The translations under genes and the position numbers were made by a program. A stretch of 64,000 nucleotides of DNA, from assembly GCA_029953675.1 (NCBI GenBank), contig JAMWBK010000001.1, forward strand, positions 2,046,001 to 2,110,000, read 5' to 3'. Position 1 is the first letter of the stretch. Every line of letters begins with the position of its first letter. This stretch comes from Rhodosorus marinus CCMP1338. Its lineage: Eukaryota > Plantae > Rhodophyta. Below, in pieces: positions 49,223 to 62,407 of this stretch. Under the pieces are notes generated by a model. It was not told the DNA's origin. It ran no database searches and worked only from the letters and a program-made list of their open reading frames with translations.

Positions 49223-52099
49223 AGTAGATAGGTGAGAATCAATAAATGCAGGATTTGGACTGTAAAAAAACCCTTCATGGGCTGCTTCAAAGGGCAGACG
49301 GTTCCACTTTCGCAGCCCCGTAGGACCGTTTCGTATCGGCTCGATGAGTCGTCACGAGATAAAAGTCCAGCTGTGGTCGGTTCTACCGAACCTCATCGAG
49401 CGAGGAGCACTGTATAGACAAATAGGGGGAGGAGAGTCCAGCGACAGAGCGAATGGTTCGTGAGTCGAACAGCGCTTTAAAGCCCGAGTCTTGATGGGCG
49501 ACTCCTCGTGTGCTGCCTGATAGACAGAGCCTACTCTGTCTAGGCGAGGCAATGGGGCGCATGAGAAATCACTGGATGACAAAGTTGGATAACACGCATG
49601 CAGATATCAATTCTTCTCCTTTCATATCCTCAACGACGGTGTTGAACGCAACCAGCGACTCCGACAACCACCGCAGGTCGTCTCTGCTTCATCGGTCCGA
49701 AGGGCCCCTCCTGGTTAATGACCAAGCCTCTCAATAGTGACGGTTTTACAAAATGAGGGTCCTGCCCCCTTCATCCATCCATATCATTTGAAGCATCGGG
49801 AACTTCTGAAACGAATAGGATGAACCGATTTCATATAGACCTTTTCAGAACCTAGTAGTCGAGGACTATATTAGCCAGGAGAAAGTCTGAGTCGGTCCGT
49901 CTCCTCAAGCTTTTATACTAGTTCCAGGGCGGTCGCCTTGGAATGAATGCGCCCCTTTTCTCAAAGGCTTGCTGGTCTGCGACGAAAGATAAGGCGGCCA
50001 CGACCGATTTAGGATAACCTGAAACCGTATTACGAACCTCACGGACAATTGCAGCGACTTTGTCACTGGCCAAGGAACGGAGCAAGAGGCAAGAAAGCTT
50101 GTCAATTCCCATTCATCTACATCGAGAACCCTGAAACTCACTAGAGAAACACATTTTTCAGCTTCTCTGAGAATGAATAGTGAAGCCACAGCATAAAACC
50201 CCACGCCAGCAAGTGGCCTTTCGAATTCAACGCCTATCAACAGATTCTGTACTCGCAGAGTAGGTCCGGAGAATACAAAACTATTTCTGTGTCTATACAT
50301 CTACGCACGTGTCCTCTCATCACGCCTGCGTTTCAGAGCCATTGCCATAGTCCGACTCGGTACATGAACGGTCACGCTACATGGGTTGCGTAAGTCTTTG
50401 GGAGGCTGAATAGTCGGTAGACTACTGCTCAAGCTGGCGGCCTGGGAATTCAGCGTGTCGACGAAGCGTTTGGGAAAATTTGCGCAATATTTATAAACAC
50501 ATTCCCTGCATGGACTGCCGTGTTCCACTGCTAGTTGGTTGTTTTACTAATCAGCCGACTGGCTTTTCGACTCAGCTCCTCTCCGGCCAGTCAGGCTGGA
50601 CAAACTTCTGACACGTCCATGGTGATGTAATCCACAGCACTGTAATGGACTGAAACTAGTCACAGATGGTCTCGGGTCCGATCAAACTTCAAAAGCCAAG
50701 TCTGAGCGAGGATTTTCTAGAAGGTATATCTAGAGGAAGCCGAACGGCCACGGATCCATGCCGAAAGGAACTGGTCACTTACGCGAACGGTCATGTGACA
50801 GTGAAGGGATAAACGATATTCTATTTAGCCTTCGGTGGCCTAGTCGAAATCTCAAGCCCAGATTTAAAGGCCGTAAGCAAAAGGGCAGACCTGTTCAATA
50901 CGGCCTCGCGTTTCCCGAGGTGACCACTCGCAGTCTGCCGCGAACGGTCACCGACGAGAACAACTCCACCCGTCAGCATTTAAGAGCAAAGCGACACCAT
51001 TTTGCAAAGTTTGAAGGTCCGCTGAACATGCTGGGCATTCGATGAGCATTTCTGCATACGCCATAAACCATAAAAGTAAAACGATCGTCCAGACCCACAT
51101 ACACGTCAGCACCTCTACATAATCTGAAGACTTGCCAGGGATAGAGGTGAGTACTTTATCAGTTATCCAGCTGCTTTCTAGCTCGGAAGGAAGGCTCGAT
51201 AACTGCTAGCTCAAACTCGGAGTCGACTGGAATTTCCAAGTTCATTCAGCGTAGTTAAATTTCCTTGCATCATTCGGACACCTTCATCAAGTCTCGACGT
51301 CAACCGGCCAGTCCAAGTTTGTTCGGAGCCCGAGAACAGATGATGAAACGATTGTTCTGCTTGCCAAAGCCACCATTCTCTATGCAAAATGCGATGTTCA
51401 AGAGCGTAATTTAGTATGTGAGACCCTACGATCCATCATGCTGTTTTACAAGCTTAGCGTCCGAAACATCAGTCTGACAGGCTTTGATCATGGCCGCTTG
51501 GCATTCTTCAATGAAAGATTCCTCTCATGGTAGCGTTCTTGAGTTTTTTTCATGCTCGTCCACCTGCAACCGGCTTTCTATGTCACGTCCTGCTGGTGGG
51601 TGGTTGGTGGTTCTCCTAAAAGACGGCACCAAGAGCGCGGAACATACGCTACATGCCCCTGTCAAGCGCGCATGGTCGGGAGTTTCAAAGAAGTTATCGT
51701 GTCAAATGCCTTCTCCATAATGAACTCTGAGATCAAGTCTATACAAACTTACGCCGGTCAGCAATCAAACCGCTTCTGTGGTGGTGGTAGAAGGAGCGCT
51801 AGTCTTTCACGGTTCTTGCTGATCGCTGACAGACTTTGAATTCGACTCTCTGGAAGGTGCTGAACTTTCAAAAGCTGAACCGAACCTTAACTTGCTGTAG
51901 AATCTGTCACCCAAGCGTCAACAAAACTATCCATTCGAGAACGGTCGCCCGTACGATTCGGCTTTCAAGATACCACCGAAAACGCTCCACTTGCTCAACC
52001 CTCCTTGGCCTTCGAGACAATTGAGTGACAGAGGCAATCTATGAACCGAATACTTCACGAATAGAATCAGGATCAGTCAAATCCTTGGCTCCGGAAAAG

Positions 52100-54310
52100 T
52101 GAGAGCTTTCACTGCGTCCGTTCTTGGAATCGTCCCGTAGTCTTCAAACGCCTCTGGACCCAGCGGTAGTCTGTGTGGAGTCCGTCTCCATTCCCATTCC
52201 GAAACCGGTGAAGAGGTCACTCAATATCTATTAATGTCTCGCACACAAGCGCGTCACCTTGTCCGTACCCGGTTCTAGCTCAGTTGCTTGGAAGAGTTCG
52301 GAAAACAGCCTGAGATGCCTCGTTGAAAGCCTCAAAGAGCTCCAACTCCTATTTCAAGATGCCGTGTCTCAAGTTTCAAACCTTTGTCTCCTCAAAAGTA
52401 GGCCTGATTGCTTTCGTTCTCTGGATGGCAATCCTTCCTCCAGAACTGAAGGAAGCACTGTCCTCGCTCAGATTGCTCCATCTGTGACTGTGTGACCACG
52501 TTGTGCTCAGCGAGAACGATGCTTTGATACGGTCTACGAAGAACCTTCTCGATGCAGACGAACGAGCTTAATCAAGAGTAGTAACCATGAGCAGCGGAAG
52601 AGCTTTTCAGGTACCGGGTACTTCAACGACAAAGCGCCTGACCGTCCTGGCTTAGACAAACCCAATCTCGAGAGGCCAAGAACGAACGTGTACGGAGGCA
52701 ACTAGAACTATCCAAGGCGAAGCGCGGCTGATAGGCCAGGTCAGAGATTCAGTTCAGATAAAGGGCGTAAACATCTACGGTGAGATGTTTTCCAATTACT
52801 TTGACGCGACACCTGCCGTCCGCCAGAGGTCACTTCCCCTTGGCTGGATGAACGGATCCCCTTTCACTCTGTTGAGATTCAAACAGCGCCTGCGGGAGTC
52901 GTAAAGAAGCGTCACAATCTTCCAAGCTCGACCTCTAAGATCAACTCATTCCGAGCTAAAAGGTCAACTCTCAGCACGAAGGAATTCTACTGCTAGAAGC
53001 CAGAAACATCAATCGCCTGAAGGTGCTCAAGGGCAATTCCAATCATCCCTCCCTCGTAGCCCTTTTGAATTCACTTCCACGGCCACAATCGGAAGTGTGC
53101 TCTTTAGAAAAGCGTGGCTTTACTCGGAGACTGGCTAGGAAGGCATGTCAAGAAAACTAGCTGCGAAAGGAGAACATCAAGAGACACCAAACGTCTCCAC
53201 AGGGTCAGTACCACTGAACAAGAATCTTTTTGCTAGATAGTGTCTGGACTATGGGTCAGGGCACTCACCCAGACTTTCCTAAAGTGAACGGTGGTTTTCA
53301 GTCAACAGTAGCTCCCGGTTTGTCAAAAAAATTGTAGTGCTCCTCGAAAAACGGCAGCAAGAGGTTCAGGTTCAGCAACTTTCAAGTTCGCCCGATTTTT
53401 CTTTCGCGTACCCCTTCCAACGACGTGTGTGAGCAACCACTTCAAGTCGCCTATCTGGAAGGTGGAAAGACAGCAAAAAGTCTGCGGATTGGGGACCTTG
53501 TAGGTCTATCGCCAGTCAGAACTCGTGATAGACAACTTCAAACCCTTCAAACCTTGTCAGAGTTGCAGAGCTCAAGTCAGGCTGTCCACAACGAGCCAGT
53601 GTCAATATGGGGCAAGCGCGGGAAGCTTGACAAGCACTAGAAAAGCAGGTGATTCGACTTTATCCGGTCTTCTAACGCCCACAGTTTAACCGTTTGACGT
53701 AATACTGCGTCCCTCAGCTTCAGATATACAGACACGAAGAGGGACAGAGCTGGCGCGACCGGACGCGAAGGGGAACTGGGTATGCAAGAGTCAAGCAATG
53801 GAGAGGGACCGGTAAACACGATGTTGGTATCGAATTTGTATTCGACACTGAAATCGCAGTTTTGAAGCGAGTACTGAGTACTATCTTTGCTCTCGAAGCC
53901 ACTTTGAGAGCTGGTCAAACTGGTAAACGACGCGTCAACGGACCATACTTGGCTAGCAATCGTGGGGACTACTCTTACTACTCTTAGGCTACGTGAGTAA
54001 ACCCACGTGTGCACAAGCTCTTTAACCCTTGACTTCTTTGACCGCAGATTAGATACGTGAAGACTGCGCCATAGCAATCAGCTTCCTTCCATTTCGGCAG
54101 TAGAAAGACAGTATGGAGTTGTCCCGAGAGGAAGTTCGCGTCAGACGACCCTCGAAAACTCGAAATAAAGCGCTTGACATTGTTGTGTACTTCTCCAAGC
54201 ACTTGAGAGCAAGAAAGAAGCTTCCAGAGTGCGTTTCGAGTTGAATAAGACTTCATGCTAAAATGCTCACGAACTAACTCCTCTGCTCCTCGCCGCGGGA
54301 GCCGGTATTT
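52100..54310 (-). mobile_element. Highly decayed L1/Tx1-like LINE (EN + RT remnants); probably extends toward ~49.3 kb and ~55-56 kb
   Basis: Ordered minus-strand motifs: RSRGVS (~54280), LQNCDFS (~53855), LKLRDA..RIKSNHLLF (SRID-like), KPGRS, FFVDRIKA (DxxKAFD-like, ~52530), TGYGQGDAL (QGD-like, ~52260), and tac-gg-gac-gat (YADD with a 1-nt deletion, ~52135). Confidence 0.6.
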
Positions 54311-57300
54311 TGTTCGTTACACCCGCTTGGACTTCTTCATAGATGCTTTCAGTTGGAATCCATCCGAACCCTGGCGGTAAAAAGCAACTACAGTGACTCG
54401 GTATACTCCGTCCAGGCTCTGTTCTGTCCTTTTTTTTCCCGCATAAAACGACGCTCAAACTCAGAAGTGTATTCTCTGACCGAGAAGAGGCGCTTTTTGA
54501 ATCGACGTGTGCACCCCCCCCCTCAAAGAACGAAGCCAAGCATCCAACGCAATGTGGTGTGAAAGCTGTCCGCACCTTCCTTCCTCACATACTATACAAG
54601 CTCTGTGATAAGATCACAGAGCTTGTATTCCATCAACAAATATGACTTCGGAAACGGTGTAAAGCTCTGAAACTAGGATGTGTAACTACTATCAAACACT
54701 TGATTTCAGATAAGACTAACCTTCTCATCTGTCCTTTAACCCCTTGAGCTGTGGCAGAGACCTACATCTGGTGCTGATCGCAAGCAAGTTTTGGCAACCC
54801 GGCCTACATCCCCATGACGGGCGTATCAAGAACTAGGTACAAGTCATCGATGGCAATACTCTGCCACCAAACTACTAGGAAAACGCCACTTTCTGAAACC
54901 CAGCTAGGATGTCGGTAGAAAATCGGTGCAGTCACTCCGCCCCAGGAACTCTGAGGCAACCGTAGCATCTGCCTCCAACATCCTCATCGTGACCGTTCAA
55001 AAGCATTCACCAAAGCTGATACTACTATAGTGGAGAGCGGTTCACGAGCTCATCCAGGACACCACCGGAAAGCCTGTGTAATCGCAAGGAAATCCTCAGG
55101 GCCCCCAAAACATGAACAAGAACATGAGCATCACCCCGCTTCCACAAACCCTCCTGAAAACCTGCTTTTTTTCATCCCAGCCAGGAAGACATGTCGCTGA
55201 TTCATGTTGAATCTTAGCATTTACTGTGGTGGGTTAGCGTTCGTCCAGTCCGGTGCCTATCTATTGCTGTTCCAACCATTCGCCCCTTGATGAACTTGAC
55301 CCCTCATATTCATCACCTCAGACCGAGGTAGGGTTCACTTGGACTCTAAAATCCACCTCCTGATCGATTTGGGTCAGGCAATTAGGCTATTCCGAAGTGA
55401 GAACCATCGCAGACTAGGAGGACTGAGCCTCGCCATCATTGGTGGTTTGGTTTTTCTAGCAACTGGACACTGTCGTGCCATAAATAGCCGTGCCTCGTAG
55501 GTTTTAGGTCCTATCATGGAAGGCTACTGTTCCTGATTATGGCGCTGAAACTGCGCACGGGGTAACAACTGGGCACCCTAAAGCCACCTACCACTGCCAA
55601 GCAACGTCAACGAGTTCGAAGTAATCTCTGATATTGAGTAGGTCAAGAAAACGACTAATCCCAACAAGGTTTCACCAAGTCCAGCTCTATTGACGACCAA
55701 AGGCAACCCCGCTCTATGTGAGCACCCGCTTGCTACGCAACCTTATGACCCCTACGACCAGCAAACCCTGGACTCTCTCTGGGCGTTTCAGGATGTTCCA
55801 GTGGAGTTTCAGTGAATAGTTAACATCGTAAATAATACCTGAACCAAAACAAATGGTCGCTCAAACTCAAACCCCCTTTCCCCCCCTCAACCAGAATCTC
55901 AAGAAAAACTGTTCTGCTTTGCCTCATCTCCTCATACTGATAACCTCAACCTCTCCACAACCTCACCCTCCCTCCTAGGTGTACCTAACCCTTCAATTGC
56001 GTTGATGAAGACCATTCGTTCGATGAAGACGAGCATCTGCAATGGATTCTAGGTGTATCCAGTGGATTCTATACCTTAATCGGCTGAATGCATTTTTTCC
56101 TTCAAGAAATCTACCCCTTTCTAACTGACTTTTAATCGCCAGTTGATCAATGAAACAATCTGCAAGTGTCCGACTGCGCGATAGATTCCAATGGTACGAC
56201 TTGATGAGCCCTTGCGCAGTCCGCCCCAGGGCTGGCGGTGTACATCCAGTCCGTTATTGTCGCCATTCGCAAATCGCCAATACGCTCTGATGTTTTCGCT
56301 TGAGCCTGAACCAAACCGCTCTAGAAGCGACGGAGGACAGTGAGTGGAGTAGCCAGCGGTACACTAAACAAAAAACGCCGGTGTTGCAGTATGGCAACTC
56401 TGCCGGGGACTAAAGACTTGCGTGTGGGACAGAACATCAGACCTAGAACGAACGAGGGCCTTTGACTAGCACCAACTTGATTCGTACGACTTCAACTCCG
56501 CAGAAATCAACCAGAAAAGACTATCTAAATATACCTGCGGACTAACGTTCCATACCCCACCCCTCTACAGCTGCGCTTCCGAGATCCCCAGCTTTCATCA
56601 GCAAATCCTACTGCCAATCCGTCTACTGCACACGATCAATTGAAGCATCAGGACCGGCGCGGAGGCTTGATCAGCGGCATTGCCTAATCAAATTGGGGTT
56701 TTCTTGTAGAGTGGCTCCAAGAAGTGTCGCTTTCTAAATTGGGTCTCAATATGAGCCTAGGACGATGCAGCTCATACCAATTGCGTAAGCGTAAACCACA
56801 GACCCTGTGCCGCTAAACGGAGCTAGACCAAGTACACGAGCATCCCGAGCTTCCACACCCAACCCCCCGCCCGCCAAGGCGTTCAATTCAGCCTACTCAA
56901 GCCCAAATCTGAGAGCAAAACATTTTGCATGGTACCCAGAGAAGCCATTCACTAGGGAGAAACCCAGACGAAAGAGAGCCAACCTCCCCCCCCCCTCCCC
57001 AAGCTCTTCCGTGTCAGTCCAGTCCCGAATCTCTACCCATTCAAAAAAACAGTCTATTTTTTTCTCGGCTTCATGCTGAGCAAAATATTGAATAAGAACA
57101 AAAATGGGGTATCGATGAAAAGTTCCACGCTGCGGAAACAGTGTCACCCATCAGACAAGATCCGCATAGCATCCAATAAAACTATTCCAGAAAACTGAAT
57201 ACGAAGGGATAGGACCGGTCAGATATCGTTTTTCAAATATATTATGGAAAACTTAACCAATCGCCTGCTGCTTAGGATCGGATACTTGATTAAAAAATTT

Positions 57301-59481
57301 AAAAAAGGTGATACGATGCGAGCATTGTTTTAATTTTGAAAATTCTGGAGATATATACACGCGTGTTATAATTTTGTTGGACATATTCATGTTGTTAAGT
57401 GAATTTATTGGTGGAAGTTTTGTTTTGGAAATAATTGATTAATTAGTTTTGATATTTTAGATAGTTGGATGTTGTTTTTTGTTTGTTTTAGAAGTGATTG
57501 GGTAGGCTAGTTGCCTTTAGGGATGGAATGAAGCGTTGGTGCAGGTTCGAGCGGGGTTTGAGTTAGCTGTAAGGAGATCTACGGGGAGAGATTTGTGACG
57601 TGTCGCGACGGGGGAACGAAAATATTGGTATGGTACTTTGGGACACATCGGCTTATGATGTCTGGTTTTCTGGTTTTTTGCGGTTGTTGGGAGTCGCTGA
57701 CGCGAAAGAGCCCGTGTTCTGCTGGGGTATGGTCGTGTGGTAGGTACTGGACAGGGGACTCTAAAGTGGGTTGTTCGCGACTGGTGTGAGGTGGGAGACT
57801 GGCGAATGATTTGATTCCTGGGGAGCGCTTTTACTCGACGGACCGAAACGAGTTAGAGGGCAATGTGTCTTAACTGGTAGTCGCGACGAGAGAGCGGGGA
57901 CGGGTTGGAGTCTGGACTTCTTCAGGAACCTGGAGCACATTTAAACCCCTGTATTTTCCTTACCTTGCGAAACGGATCACTTCACCGTTAAATAGGTATG
58001 AGGGCTCAACTGCAGGGCTCCAATAACTCTACTTGCATGCGCGCGGACTGACTGCCTACACTTTTCTGGGTTCCGTTCTTTAGTTTCTTTCCACGCGAGC
58101 AGAAATTATGTTGAATCTCTTGCTCAACCCCGCTGGTGTGGAGTGCATTCCTCCAGAGAGGTATCCTATTCTCGGAAACACGTCCATGGACATTTCTCAT
58201 AATGGTTTGTCCTCAGCTCGGCCCTGATTCAGTCATAAATTCTTCTCCAAAGTCAAAAGAGTGCGGCGAGAGCTGCACGAATTAGCGCTTCGACGAGGTG
58301 GATGAGGACGAACCGAGCGATATACGCCGGCTTCATGGCAAACTCTCGTCGACCAGAGTCGATGGAAACTGGCTACGATTGGTTCCAATTCCCGGGATTA
58401 CCCAATGACGTTTTTGCTATTGCGGCGGCTTCAAAAAATCAACGTACGTTCTATACACAAGTTCCAACTCCACGATTTCGTGGAATCTGAAAAAGAGCGG
58501 CAGTGTCTTGCGCGACCTTCACCGGCGGTGAACAAGTATGCCTTTTGCAGCGATGCTCGATCTTCTGCCCTCGCTACGAAAACCTCGCAAAAGGACCCAC
58601 CCCCCAGGTTCCTAGGGCAAACCAGACTGCACCATACCAATGGCCAAGTCAGTCAGTCGCTTGCCAATCGACCGGCTGATTCTCTCTGAGTTTCTCTACC
58701 GAGAAACTTACCCACCCCCCTTGATAGCCCAAAATTCCTCACGGGCTGCTGACACCGGTTTTATTTTTGTATTTTTTATCTTTATCAGATGTGGACGTTA
58801 TCGCTACCAGGAGACGGTGAGGGTATCGCAAATTCTTAGCAATCGTGTTAGTGTGGTGGTTTTACTAACCTAGCCTCCCATGCTGGCGATGGTTGTTTAT
58901 TTGTCTGAGTGATGGATTTACTAAGGTGGTCTACTTCCCCTCACGAGCGTGCTACAACACTGGAACAGTTAGGATTTAGCAAACAGTAGGAGTTGGCTAG
59001 AGCTGCAAGTCGGGGAGTCAATCTAATCCATCCCAAATACGAAACTGCCAGGGATTGGCAGCGCGCACATCGTGAACGAAAAGCGAGTAAGTCTCAAACT
59101 GCTAAGTAAACTGCTTTCGACCTGGACATGTAAAGCGGTACTTCAAAGTTTGATTTAGCGTGGTCTAGTTGTTCGGTGTTTTGGCGGTGGAAGAAGATCA
59201 TTTCTACCCTTAAGGCTTAAAACGGAGTGGAAGTTGATGGCTTGTTGGTAGGGTGTCATGTGCACCAGACACAGCCTCCTGAAAGGTTCTAAAAGGTAAC
59301 CTAGGACCGCATCCAATCCCCTAGGAAAGTTTTACGGCTCACACAGAACGATGATGCTGCGCTTTTGGTGATGTTGTTACCTAACTTCTCGCTCAGGAGC
59401 AAAACCCCGAATATGATCAGGAGAAAAAACTGAAAGAACAACGTTTCGGTAAAAACGAAGAAATCGTGGGAGAAGATCTAA

Positions 59482-59580
59482 GTGGTGGTGGTTTTACTGA
59501 CCTAGTTTTAAGTTCTACACCGGGCGTAGTGCTGTCTAGCTACAAGGAACGAAAGCATGCAAGTCAAGGCGGAATTCAAA
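59482..59580 (-). mobile_element. Diverged 3' tip of the CRE-like family
   Basis: Reverse complement cgccttgacttgcatgctttcgttcc...ctacgccc.gtgtag..ctt.a..cta.gtcagtaaaaccaccacc aligns with the 3' ends at 49140-49220 and 62410-62490. Confidence 0.55.
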
Positions 59581-60340
59581 GGGCGTGCGCAACAAGGGCC
59601 CCCTGGAACTTGTTTTGCCGGTGATCAGGTTCTGCATTACTGGCAATATCCCTCCATACAGCCCGGTGCCAGTGCACCGATGGGAATTATTCGTTTGCCT
59701 GGACAGTTTGGTATCAAGGAAGTGCCTGCCCGCAAACGTGCTTTTGGGGGGTCATAGACGAGCAAAGCAGTACCAGAGATGATTTGGAGGAACCAACACG
59801 GCCAGCATCTAGGGGGTGCTTCGAGCAGCAAGAAAAACATGGGGGCGAGTATTAACGAACACCTGAAACCCTATTTCTCTCACTAGTGCCGATTTTTCTG
59901 CGAAAATGGATTGCGCATCATCGCTACCGTAACTCGTTTGACTGGCCGTCGCCGGTCAAACGTTTGGTACTTTTTCGCGTACTAGCGCATGTAGGCCTGT
60001 GATCCTCAGGTATACGGCTGACCTCTGTAAATTCTAGGGGGTACACCGTATCCGTTAGGGAAATTTTTGCCGACCTCGTAACGTTCCTGCGCGCCTAGCG
60101 CTTATGGGTGATCGTCTCCGGGGGTCGTGCCGATCTTCATACTGGTATGATCCTCAACAGCTCATCCGGATGCGGTCCCATTGATTCTGATCATTTTAAC
60201 TCCGTAGATATCGCATTCCCTACATAGAAGATGAAAGCGCGCAGATTAGAGCGGCAATTGGGGAGCGTACAAGAACAGTTCCTCGTCATCCCCGGCACTG
60301 GAAGGGATGGTGTGGAAGGTAAGAGTCGACCAGATACACA

Positions 60341-60370
60341 GACTCTCACAAGACTCTCACAAGACTCTCA
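60341..60370. repeat. 11-bp tandem repeat (agactctcaca) x~3
   Basis: gactctcacaagactctcacaagactctca. Confidence 0.85.
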
Positions 60371-61936
60371 ATGAAACATCTCCTGGTTACCTATTTATGT
60401 CAATCGAAAATCCTGGGTAGCTGTGCGCCGAACTACATAGCAGTAGAAGCAAGGAACCCCTGAACATTACGAGGTCGGCAAAAATATCGCTAATAGATTT
60501 GGTGGACGCTCCAACTCCCGAGCAAGCACTAATACACCACAGCACGCAAATGATTGATTCAGAAGAAATCGGCTGCGAAAGTAGGTGGGATCCGGTCTTC
60601 TAGAGGCCTGCACGTACATCTCGCTCGCGGCAATGCTCAATTCCGATGGTTTCAAGAGTGCTATGAAGCCATTCCGCCCTTCTGGGATATTTGCTTCTAT
60701 GTTCTGTGGGATTCCAACCGGGTTGGCTCAAACCGGTCTTACTCTATTGCGCAGGCGCACCATCGAAAGCAAGAACGCAGCAGCCCGCCAGCGCCCACGG
60801 CTGTGTCGAAGTCCTCAAACACGCACCAAGATTTCCCACGGTGGTTTGAAACTTCCAGCTCGACTGTTTGAAACAACGGGCCGCTCCTCGTAGAACACAA
60901 CAGTCGCGCGCGACCGTTCGGTCATCGTCCTACACTCCAGCTGACGATTTCTTCCTATCCCCGGTCGAGACGAGTATTGGAAAATCGAAGAAAAATTCAA
61001 GAAGAATCTACTCGCCTTGATTGGTTAGATGAGTATTTGCCCAGCAGAGTATGAATAATATTCTCATATTTCAATTAACCGTATAGTATTTTTAGGTCAG
61101 AATTATGGCCAGCGAAAGCCTAGATGAGCATTTTACCAAATTCTGGATCATCCTCCCTGGGGGTTGAAAAGGCGAGTACCGAGAATCGGTGCAGTTCTGG
61201 GAGCGGTGATGATGCCACTGGCAGCTGGCAGCATTTTATCTGAATTCTACTGTGAATGCCACGGAGCCTGCTTACTGGGAAGCTTTGGAATGTATGTCGC
61301 GTGCCACTCGTGTTCCGATCTCTGGCCACGGTTATCATTTTTCCTCAGCTTCGCCGTTTTTCCTTCTAGTAGTCCTTGGCATCGTACGGGAAAAGGCAAA
61401 CCGAAAATACGATATCCGACGTAGCGGGTGTTATCGCTCATGTTCCACGGAATAGGCAGTGGTCCACCATGTGACACGCGGTACATTGCTTCCTGCGACA
61501 GGAAGATCTCAGGTCGTGTTCTTCATCGACACGACCTCGAGCAAATGCAGGTTTACCGTTGTTAAGTACGTTGCACAGCCATGGGCAAGACCGAATAACG
61601 CATGCTTAAAACGATAAGACATGGCTCAACGGAAAATACCTGCACTCCTGTCGCCGTTCAGAAATCCATGCGGCCCGCAGTGGTCTACCGAGAGCGGCAT
61701 TCTTTGTTCTCACCTGATGATTATGCGGAGCCACACAACCCCTTAAGCCTTTCTCCAGCAGCTACATACTCCAGCCCCCATAGAAACTCAAAGTAGTGGT
61801 TTCCCGGGCCAAGTGTAACAGTCGGAAATCGCTCTTATGCCGAATGAACGCTGGCCACCCGTAAGACAACCCCCGACATAATAGTCGTAAACTACGCTTG
61901 TGGTCCGTTGCTATCTACGCCTTCGTCTCACTCCAG

Positions 61937-62110
61937 CTTCTTCAAAAAACTAGGACTGGTCGGTCGTCGGCTCCAGTGCGCGGTCGAGCGAACCCGCGAC
62001 GTGTCGACAACGGCAAACTTGCTTCTTAAAAAAAAAAGGACTGGTCGGTCGCCGGCTCCAGTGCGCGGTCGAACGAACCCGCGACGTGTCGACAACAGCA
62101 AACTTGCCTC
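61937..62110. repeat. Tandem duplication, ~85-bp unit x2, each with an A-run at its left end
   Basis: gcttctt(c)aaaaaa..ggactggtcggtcg.cggctccagtgcgcggtcga.cgaacccgcgacgtgtcgacaac.gcaaacttgc x2. Confidence 0.92.
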
Positions 62111-62407
62111 TCCATAGTAAAAAGTCGGTAAGCACATGGAGATGCCGAGGAGCAAGTATGTATATCATGAGTATCTAGATACTCACACAACAATCTTCTG
62201 TTTCTCCTGACATACAATGCATCACGCGCCGGCAGATGGGACATAAAAAAAAAACGCGGGAGCGAGAGTGAAGTCTGCTTGGCGTCTGTATTCACACGAT
62301 CTGGAGACCTGAACAGAATTCTCCTGCCAGACCAGCGGCACCTCTTGACAAGCCCTTTGGCAAGCCCATCGGAAGTGGTGGTTTACCGATATCCGAGGGA
62401 TTGCAAC

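Noticed and set aside
58006-58260. EIQHNFCSRGKKLKNG and DFGEEF resembling copia integrase
   Set aside because: Motif spacing is wrong and no LTRs or other pol motifs were found.
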